This document shows positions 1 to 9,766 of a stretch of 64,000 nt of DNA, in pieces. Position 1 is the first letter of the stretch. Each line of letters opens with the position of its first letter. Under the pieces are notes generated by a model. The model saw nothing but the letters and a program-made list of their open reading frames with translations. It did not search any database and was not told where the DNA came from. The position numbers were made by a program, and so were the translations under genes. Location: assembly GCA_002269645.1 (NCBI GenBank), contig NIVC01002587.1, forward strand, positions 1-64,000, given 5' to 3'. Source of the DNA: Macrostomum lignano (lineage: Eukaryota).

Positions 1-2297
1 AGTTGTCTTCTCGTATTTGATTGATCAAAATTTGCTGCTTAATCTTCTCTTTTCGTTTCAGTTTTGTGTTACTTTGTCTTAACTTTTTGTTAGCTTCTGT
101 TGATCGAGTATTCCGCTTCAGTTTCTCGAGTATTTTTTCCTAATGCAGACAGACTGGTCGATTCGTGATTTTTTTGCAAACTTTTCCACCCCTGATTTTC
201 TTTGTAACTTTGAAATGCTCTTTTATCTGGAAATTATTTCAATTTTTCCTTTTCCTATGCTAGTCTCAGATTAAGTCGGCTCAGTCCTGGCTTTCCATGC
301 CATTTGGCTGCCTTTTTTTCGTTCTAGTGCCGCCCTGTTTTACAGTTTCTTGATTAAATTTAAGCAAACTAATTTCTATTTTAAACTTATTCGTTTTTTA
401 TATTTCTTCTTTTAATTTCACTATCCTACGTAACAGAGAAGCGAACAGCTGTCAGTGCATGCGCGGCTAAAGGAAAAAGTACGACTCAATCTCTTATAGT
501 TTCTTTCTAAATATTTATTTGTTTTTAAGAATTAAAACACAAGCTTTTCTTCATTCAGGTCAACGATGTGCAGCCTCTATTCTTTGCTAAAAACATTCTG
601 TCTACAGCGGCCGCAGTATTCATAAATGATGCCCGATTTTCAGCTGAAAAATATTCAAATAAAAATTATCTTTGTTTTTAAACAAATATAAAACTTCTTG
701 CTCAAATTGAGTTTCAGTTCGTGACCCTTTGTTTCGTTATTGTGCATGCGTACCTACTGTACCTGATCTACAATGAGTGCGAAATGTACACACTTCAGAT
801 TCCATTCCAACACGTGATGAAACGAACGAAAGGAGAATTTGTTTAATTTATGCTTCTAGACTAAAGAAATTCTTGTTTCAAAATATGAAGCAAATGACCT
901 CGTGTACTTTGAATTTTTTTCCTATAGATATTAGGTAAAAATAAAACAAAATATTAAGCAAGAAATAATAAGAAACGTCCAAATTTTTACAGAGAGGCTC
1001 TTTCGAAGCTTATCATAGATAAAGTTTGAATCTTAATTCAGCCCATAATTATATGAATATGTTTTAAAATGCTTTGCAGGAAAAATTATGGTGTGGTCTT
1101 CTACTATAATATGGATATATCGGTCGGTCGGTTGTTTCTTGAATAAATTATAATTGTTCAGAAGCTGCTCCATTTATAAAATAATAATTTAGCCTTTAGG
1201 ATGGCACTTTAAAAAGTTTTTTGTGAGTTTATTGTTTATCAGGCCCCCCATAGATATAGACCAAAATAATTAAAATATTTAATAAATTTGTTGACTTGAC
1301 TTTGATCCATTCTCCATTGGCATTAATGACAATGTCTCATTCCTAGCTTGCATTCCTGCCAAAAAGACGAAAGTATTAATAATTTTTTTGACATTCCTTA
1401 TTTATCTTGTACACTATAGTATAGAGCAGTGGCAGATTTATTATAAGGGGAGGCATAGATAGTATCTAGTCAATCTGGTGACACTGACAGTTGAAATGGC
1501 AACAGTCAATCTGCAACAAGGTGTAGTATATAGCTTTTAAATTGGCTATTTGGCATTTAAATAGATCAGAGAGCATTTATTATTATATTTATTAAAAATA
1601 TTAATAGGATTACTTTTATTATTGAGCCAATAAGTACCATAGGCATAGGAAAAAATGCAAGCAAAGTGATTATTATTATAATTATAATTTATTTTTAATG
1701 GAATATATGAAAAAATAGTTCTAAAGATTGGAATTTAGCTGGTTCAAAATCCAAAAGTTTCAATAGCTTGTTCTTTATATAGGCCCTAGTAATTATTATT
1801 GGTTTGAAAAATGGGAAACTGCATTAAAAATTAAATTAATGTGTTCTTTTATTTTATTTAAATTAACTTTAATTTAAGTAATATTAATTAATTTTACTTA
1901 TGTCGCACACTAGTTTTATATTTACATATACTATTGTATTCAAACATTTGATGTGACCCATAGTCTGGAAAGTGGCCTTTATGCCAGAATTTTCTAGTAT
2001 ATTTTGCTCTTGCTGACAATCTTGGCGTACACTTGGCATAGTGTTCCGCCGCCGCGAGTTTTGACCTCCGTAACCGTAACCGTAGCCATAAGAAAGAAGC
2101 AACTTCCGTAGCCGAATTTTGCCGTCATTACGGGCTAAAAAAGTCCGTAACTGTAATTTGCCATAACCGTAGCCGTAATGTATAACAAAAATTGATATTT
2201 TTGCATGAAAAGTGGGGCAGACAGAAAAGGACAGATAAAAAGGATAAAAAGGATAGCAATAAAACCTACTTGTTGTTTGTTCATGCATTAACATTCA

Positions 2298-3083
2298 GGC
2301 TCATTCCATATAAGCATGGTCGTAACATGACAGGTTATTTTTACTTATAAAATGAAATCTAATAATAGAATATACTAAACCAATATTTTAAATGAAAGAT
2401 TATTTTGTCTAGAATATATTTATAGAGTTTCATATAGATATCATCATTAGTATAGATGCTATTAAACCTTAAATGACACTTATGGTTGTAACGACAGGAT
2501 TTTTGACATATAGAAACTAAAAGGTAAAAGTCTTATAACATTTTTCATTTTTTGATATTTTGCAATACATTTTTAAAATTTGACTAAGAACATCTTTAGA
2601 AATCATACTCTTTTATTAGAATATATAAACTCAAAAGGCAACAAAGATACAAAAGAAAAGGCAGCCTTATGGTCATAACATTATGGTCGTAACATATTTT
2701 TTTCTGTCAATTCAGTAACTTTGAGGTACTAATACATTAAAAATATAATAGATTATTTGGTCACCAATGCTTTTATCTGATGATGCAAGTACTATACTTT
2801 TATCTATAGTTTGTTTCAACCTTCAAAAGCTTTCTATTTGTTTTTAAAAGGTACAAAATCTTAATGATGTCTTTTGCTTCGAAAAATGTCCAAATTTTTA
2901 CAAAAATGACTTTTTGCCAATTGATAACATACTAATCCAACATTTTACCATTCCTTTATTCTTAGATTGTATATATTGCACAATATAAACATTTGGTAAA
3001 AAATAGGCTAATTAGGCAATGGCAAGCAAAAATATTGACTTTTTTCTATTTTCCAAATATGTCCATCTTATATGGAATGAGCC
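2298..3083. mobile_element. Nested non-autonomous TIR element (MITE-like; Kolobok-like termini and TSD)
   Basis: Inverted termini GGCTCATTCCATATAAG (2298-2314) / CTTATATGGAATGAGCC (3067-3083), flanked by a 4-bp direct repeat TTCA. Internal repeated TGGTCGTAAC-like motifs. Superfamily assignment is an inference from the GG..CC ends and TTAA-like TSD. Confidence 0.7.
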
Positions 3084-3480
3084 TTCATTTATTTTTTCGT
3101 AAATATAATATCTTTATCTAAGTATTCTTTAGCATTGTTGTATGCAATTGTGTGCTTGGTGCCTTTTTCAGTTTTCTGTGTCGTGATTCTGTTTTGTTTC
3201 GCTACAATATAAATATATGACTGACGTGCCAAGGTCAATGTGTATGTTTAATATCATTAAATGAATATGAATTTGTTCAAATAAAACTGCTTCAAAATTT
3301 CCGATGACTAAGAAATTGCATGTGTCCCAGGGCTCTTAATTATTCTTTTGCTAGCCGTACTAGCTGCCACCACAGTTGTTACAAGGGGGATTCCTGTGTA
3401 CCTAGAATACCACTAAGTGCCACCAAAGTTGTAATAAGGCTATTTCTCCTTAATAATTCTACTGGTTATTAATTGTCTTT

Positions 3481-3549
3481 CTATTGGTAGCGCATGTACT
3501 TCTATTGGTAGCGTATGTACTTCTATCGGTAGCGTATGTACTTCTATTG
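3481..3549. repeat. 21-bp tandem repeat x3 (TCTATTGGTAGCGYATGTACT) inside the hAT element
   Basis: Directly visible. Confidence 0.8.
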
Positions 3550-5768
3550 TACTTTCGGGCCTGAGCGGTCTATTGGCACTGTCTATTCTATTCCTATGCT
3601 TCCCCTAATATTATTCTCTCAGTCCTGGGCGTTCCCTGGATCAGAGGGTCACAGCTTATGCTCTTTCTCTGCCCTGAGGCGATCTTCTCTCGTTATGAGG
3701 CGGTTCTCCTGCCCTGAGGCGAATTTACAATTTACTGCCCTGAGGCGGTTTCTCGCTTGTAGCGGTTTCTGATACTCCCAATTGGGGCTTTTACTCTAAG
3801 AAATGAAGAAGTCTTTAAGTCTTGCAAATAGGATTTAGTAGAACTCGCAATTTTGCGGTAAAAGACAGGTTGCTCCCAGGTTGCTCCCAAAGTTGCTTCT
3901 TTAGGCCCATTCTGGACTCCTATTTATACTAGTTATGAAATGTATTTAAAACAAAAATTATTTCGTGAAATATTATTTGAATTCACAACAGTAAAACAAA
4001 ATAATAATGATTTCTTTTTGCACAGATTTGAACTATGATATTTCCTAGAAATGCTTCGTAACGTATTTAATACTTATATTGGAAAGGTCTTTTTCTTTAA
4101 AACGAACATACTACATCATATGTTACATTTTTTCTTTTTCATTTTATTGCATTGTCTATTGTATTGTCTTCTTTGGTTTCAATCAATTTTCAATCATAAT
4201 TCATATTCTTATCCTATTAGTATTTATTTAGTATTTCCTTATTAATATTCTTTCATCCTTATCCTCATAATCTAAATCTAATATCCTATTTTTATGCTAA
4301 GGAGCTAAATGCTACATTTGGCTAAGAAATAAGAATGCCAGATTCTTAGTCTCTTGTAGGCTTTGACTGGCTCTCTCTGTCTCGCTGCTATCATGCTATC
4401 GCTATGCTATGCTATGCTATGCCGTATGCCTAATGAGAAAATTCGTGAAAAAATTCGTTTTTCATTTTCAAAAATTTTCGTAGATATTTAGAAACTTAAC
4501 AAATGTAAAAAATAATAATAACTAGTAAAACAAAATGAAAACTGGTTGAAGTTGATATAAAAAAATTTCTTTTATAACACTAAACAGTTAAAAATAAATA
4601 ATTTTTGTTACGGCTACCAATTATGGCAAGTCTAGAAAAATCTCCGTAATCCGTAACCGTAACCGTAAGCTCAAAATATGTCCGTAACCGTAATCCATAA
4701 TGAAAATACGGCTTCAAAAGTGTCGTAGCCGTAATTTGCCGTAGCCGTAGCCGTAATTACGGCGGAACACTAACTTGGCATATAGAATTTTCAGGTTTAA
4801 TATGAAGTATACACTGTTAACGTACAAAAAATAGCTAAGTTCAAGGCTAATGTAATTGTGTAGTTAAATATCAACCAACATCAAAAGCTGTTTAAAAATA
4901 ATTGGAAACTAAAATAGAAAATATTAATGCAGTCACAAGAAAATCAAAAATCAATATTAAAATAAGAATATCAGTTTTTAGCAAAAAACAGCTGTTTTAA
5001 AGTTTAGTAAAAGTTAATAATTCCTAAAAAGATATATGTTAAAAAATGGCATATAAACAATTTTAGTCTTGGTATAAACATTTTTTAATTTTATGTTGGT
5101 AAAAAATTAAAAAAACATGAGTTTTCATTCCGGCATATGCCTGTCATGGTCTGGACTATGGGATATGACACTATAAATTCTATCAGTAAGAAATCTATTT
5201 AAATTTTTAATATTAGGAGGGGTGTCTCAGAAGTAGTATCACTTTTGCTTTTTTCACAAGTATTAGTGTGTGTTTAAAAATCAAATGCCTTAAAAGTTAA
5301 CGGCTTATTTTAGCTTTCGTGCCATGAAAGTCCAATTTTTATAAGTGCTTCCTGTTGCAAGCAGTATGCATTTGTTCGCATACCCTTGGCCATAAAAATA
5401 TATACCACATAGTGCTTCTATGCTCACTTAGAAAAAAGCCACAAGTAGAGCTGATCAAGCGCAGAGTTGCAAGATAGTAGCTGCATGATTTGTTCTAGTC
5501 ATGGCATGTAAACCAAAGATCAATTGTTAATTGGCATATATCAATTATGATAACTAAAAAATGTATCAAAAACATTTTACAAGGGATATGCAAAAAGTCT
5601 TGGCAACTGGCTCATAACTTTTTAAGTAAACGTTTAAATGCAACCATTTTTTAATCTCATAAATTTGAGTATATTTTGCATTTGTTCATAAATTTTTAGC
5701 TTATTGCATGGATTTTTTCGCTTCCTAGAGCATTTTGATTAACATACAGTCTTGTTTTCAGCCTTCAA

Positions 5769-6835
5769 ATGGCAAATATCACTGCTGATCAGTGGAGATT
5801 TTATGTTTTCATGCAATCGCAGCTCAGTGAAAACGCAACCAAAATTCATGCCAAGCTAATCCAAGTTGTAGCAGATCAGGCCCCTTCGTACTGCACCGTC
5901 GCCCATTAGATTGAATTGGTCAGTGCTGGTCGACACTCCATGACCGACAGCCCTTGTTCTGGGAGGCCAATGACATCCGTGACCGAGCAGAACATTGTAG
6001 CTATGCAACAGCTGGTGGATGAAGATTGCAATATCACCATTGCACTACTTAGCCAGACAATGGCATTTCTGATGGCAGTGTCCAAACCATCCTGCATGAC
6101 CCTTTTGGCCTCCACAAGGTAATGGCCCATTGGGTACCTCATGCACTCACAGCAGAGCAGAAGCAGGAGAGGGTTCGATGCAGCCAAGAATTTCTGCAAT
6201 GCTTTGGAAAAGGTGGCACTAAACGACTTACTGATGTCGTGACTGGTAATGAGAAGTGGTTTTACTACTTCCAAGTGCCTCACAAGAACCAAAACAAGGT
6301 TTGGATCGGTTTTGATGAAGACTGTCCAACTGATCTGTGCCCTGGGTTTCGCTCACAGAAGCAGATGTTCGTCATCTTTTTCAGCATCAATGGGCCAGAG
6401 ACAGTTGTTATGGTGCCAAATGGACAGAATGTCAATGCCACATTCTATACTGGCAAGGTTTTGCCTAAAGTCGTGGCTTCAGTCATGGAAAAGCAGCCAA
6501 CCCACCTCCAAAGTGGCAGAATTCACTTGCACTACAACAACACCTCCAGCCACTCTGCGGCCATGACAACAAGCTTTTTGGCCGATAACAAGCTCAAGGT
6601 GATACTGCACCCTCCATACAGTCCTGACTTGGCACCCTGCAACTTCTGGGTCTTCCCGAAGCTGACCAAATGCATAGCTGGATGCCATTTTTAGCAGCCC
6701 CAAGACCTGGCTCGCCGCATCAATTCAGAGCTGAACACCATGCCAGCTTCAGAGTACCACGCTGCCTTTGAGGCAAGGATCCGTCATCACCAGAAATGCA
6801 TACAATGTGGCAGAGATTACATTGAAGGACTTTAA
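5769..6835 (+). pseudogene. mariner transposase pseudogene
   Basis: APSYCTVAH*, GRP motif, WVPHAL, TG(N)EKW, H(N)N, YSPDLAPC(N)F with 34-residue spacing, and C-terminal KCIQCGRDYIEGL*. In-frame stops at 5906-5908 and 6692-6694, and a frameshift near 6055-6065. Confidence 0.92.
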
Positions 6836-6908
6836 TAAAGTTTTAAGATTTACTAACAATTCATCTGCAATTGGGAACCCAGTTGCCAAAATTTTTTGTG
6901 CACCCCTT

Positions 6909-7268
6909 TTTTTATTAGAGGCAGGGGGGTTGTGTGCACCCTGGAGCACATTAAGCGACATTGGCACACAACTGGCGAGAGGCATTACTGCCCATTCCGC
7001 CAACTCCCCTGAGCAGGCATACAAGCGCGCAGATACGTACGCAGGCACACACTCACACAGGAGTGTACAGGGGCTCTATCTTTATTTATCGTTAGGCTTG
7101 TACACACTTCACTGTGCCTTGGGGGGTTGGCTCTCAAGGCCGTTAATTGCACAAGCAGAGCCAAGCCAAGATTCCAATTCAGCCCCAAATTAATGTGAGT
7201 GCACTTGGAATCGAGCCTGGGTCGCTGGCACACCAGAGCAGCTGCGCTACCGCTGGGCTACGGCCCCC
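6909..7268 (-). mobile_element. tRNA-derived SINE, family A copy 1 (inserted in the mariner right TIR)
   Basis: Minus-strand head GGGGGCCGTAGCCCAGCGGTAGCG...GGCTCGATTCC (Pol III A and B boxes), A-tail, 13-bp TSD TTG(T/C)GCACCCCTT (6896-6908, 7269-7281). Homologous to the 22038 and 40058 copies. Confidence 0.88.
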
Positions 7269-9084
7269 TTGCGCACCCCTTGTATACATTGCATATAATG
7301 ATATGTGGATAAAATTTTAGGTGACCCATTATAAGCTATTTTTTCTAATCAGCTTTTGCTATATGCCACTGTGGGCTAAAAAATTCTACTAGGCTTTTGT
7401 TATGCGCTAAATGCACCAATTCACTTACATTTTTGTCTATATACAATATTAGAATTTTCTGCCATAATTTACTAAGGGCCTAGCTTTTCCTGACCTCTTA
7501 TTTGCCTTCCTAAATATAATTATAATATAATAATGTATATGTTTTATATGAAAAATAAAACTTGATGGGGGCCACATTTAATTATTATAATTATATAATA
7601 GTGTATTTAATATATAAAACATATAATAAATACATACATATACATAAATATATATGTGTACCTTAGTAATATATACTTTTTCATTTAAATTTTCTAGACT
7701 AGTACCGCTTATATCAGGATAGAAAACTTGCAGAAGAAATACAATGCATTTTTCAATTGAACTAAAAATGCAATTATAAGACAAAACTTTAAACAAGATA
7801 TATTGCAAAATTATTAAAAATGCTAATGTGCAATCTTTCAAATAAAAGTATATACATATATATATATACATATAAATCAAAAATTAACTATGCTTATATA
7901 TAGTATTATAGTAAAACAAATTTGGCAAGAATTTGAATTTACCTTTCTAAAAAAGCTTTAATTTTTTCTATCAAGTTCTATTAGAAACTATTTTGCATGT
8001 AATAGAAAATGCATGCCTGTATTGGATATACTAAATAAAAGAATTCTATCTTGGCTGCTATAGAGCATAGTGTATGCAAGAAATAGAATGTTTCATAGCA
8101 AATTCATGTAATTCTTAGAACTCATATTGATTTATACTAGCAGTTATCATATGTATCAAGTTCATTAAAGGGTCCCTTGGCCTTGTGTATACCAGAATAT
8201 TTTATGGCAAAGACCACAAGTTTTAGACTATTGGCATATCTAAACTTATAGTTTAGGTACAAAATGATATTTATATTGTAATTAGAATTAGATAATCTAA
8301 TTATAATTGATTTTAAGACTCAAATCTTATGCCAAATCAAGTCTTGATATATTTATATTTATATTTGCTGTTTTATTGGCATAGCTCAGTTATCTAGTAT
8401 ATCACTCATACTAGTGGCCTAGGCTCAGTTCTATATAAAATTATATTAATTTTGGTTAAAGCGACATCCTTAAAGACCAATCCCTAGGTATAAAGAAAGG
8501 TATATAGCTATGTCTAATGATAAACAAGGTTAAATCTTATTTAAAAATTAAAAAATAAATTGAATAAAACATTTAAACATACAAATAAATATCTGTATAT
8601 TTAAATATAGTCCTTTATATAAGCATATACTCACATAGGAATATACAATAGCCTTAGAATTTCAATTGGGTCAAGGCTCAATTTCTTGCCTAGCAAATTA
8701 TAGCATTTTATAATATATTATGCTTAAATAAATCATAAAAGTCTAGCAATAAAATTAAAAAAGATGTAACATTAATTCAATTTAGTATTTTTAAACTTAG
8801 TCACTTACTAATTGCTTGCTTATTTATTAGAAATTATTCATTAAATAGACTATGCCAGTTTTTTTCTAACAATAAGCTTTTTTTATCAAAAGGAACTTAC
8901 TGATTAAAATATCTTATATAAGAATATAAAAATATATGATTAATTAGTTCTGCCATTTGGCATATTGTCTTTTTTGTTAATTATATCAACCAAATTGTAA
9001 TTAAAAAACCAAATTTCACTTTAGATCTATATTACTATGTTAAGAGTTATATTCAGTATATGAAACATACTAGATATACCTCAC

Positions 9085-9109
9085 CTGATTAATACCAATT
9101 CTTTTTCAG
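9085..9109 (+). promoter_or_regulatory. Candidate 3' splice acceptor for a hippo 5'-UTR intron or trans-splice site
   Basis: CTGATTAAT branch-like motif, then CTTTTTCAG ending at 9109, 138 nt upstream of the ATG. Inference only. Confidence 0.3.
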
Positions 9110-9247
9110 CAATTAGCTACAAAAGTAGCAAAACATTTAAAGACTAACAGACAGACACTGGTCAGACTAAGCTGTCTAGCTACCTAAGTTCACAGGCCTG
9201 TCAAGACAGTATAAATATTTGACCAGCATCAGTGAGACAAGTGAACA

Positions 9248-9766
9248 ATGTCAGCCTTTGAGAAGCTGGATGAGGCTTCATTAGCCAAGCCACCAGATGA
9301 AGTGTTTAGCATAGTGAGCAAGCTGGGCAAAGGCAGCTATGGCAGTGTGTACAAGGCTGAACACATGGCTACTGGCCACACCTTGGCTATTAAGAAGGTG
9401 CCAGTTGACACAGATCTGCAAGAGATTATTAAAGAGATATCGATTATGCAACAATGCGATTCGCCCTACATTGTGAAATACTACGGCAGCTATTTCAAAG
9501 ATGCTGACCTGTGGATTATAATGGAGTACTGCGGCGCTGGCTCAGTGTCAGATATTATGCGACTGAGGGGTAAAACCCTGTCAGAGATGGAGATAGCCAC
9601 AGTACTGGCTTATACACTGAAAGGATTGGAGTACCTGCATCAGAGGCGCAAGATTCACAGGGATATTAAGGCTGGCAATATACTGTTGAATTCGCAGGGC
9701 CAGGCTAAATTAGCAGATTTTGGTGTTGCCGGACAGCTCACTGACACCATGGCTAAGAGGAATACT
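9248..9766 (+). CDS. hpo: hippo exon 1 (kinase N-lobe to activation loop)
   Basis: [23 protein letters not shown]...MAKRNT; donor GTGAGT at 9767; 173 whole codons. Confidence 0.95.

Larger units (their letters stand above)
2039..4772. mobile_element. Non-autonomous hAT-type DNA transposon
   Basis: Perfect 13-bp TIRs TAGTGTTCCGCCG (2039-2051) / CGGCGGAACACTA (4760-4772). Perfect 8-bp TSD ACTTGGCA (2031-2038, 4773-4780). Clusters of CCGTAA/CCGTAG subterminal motifs at both ends. No transposase ORF seen. Confidence 0.88.
5580..7282 (+). mobile_element. Degenerate mariner (DD34D, Tc1/mariner) element, about 1.33 kb once the inserted SINE is removed
   Basis: TA at 5578-5579 and 7283-7284. Left TIR CAAGGGATATGCAAAAAGTCTTGGCAACTGG. 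With the SINE removed, the right TIR reads CAAGGGGTGCACAAAAAATTTTGGCAACTGG on the minus strand. Transposase remnant inside. Confidence 0.9.

Noticed and set aside
1427-7371. CAGTGGCA...TGCCACTG as TIRs of a large hAT element enclosing the TE cluster
   Set aside because: Only about 8-11 bp match and there is no target-site duplication.
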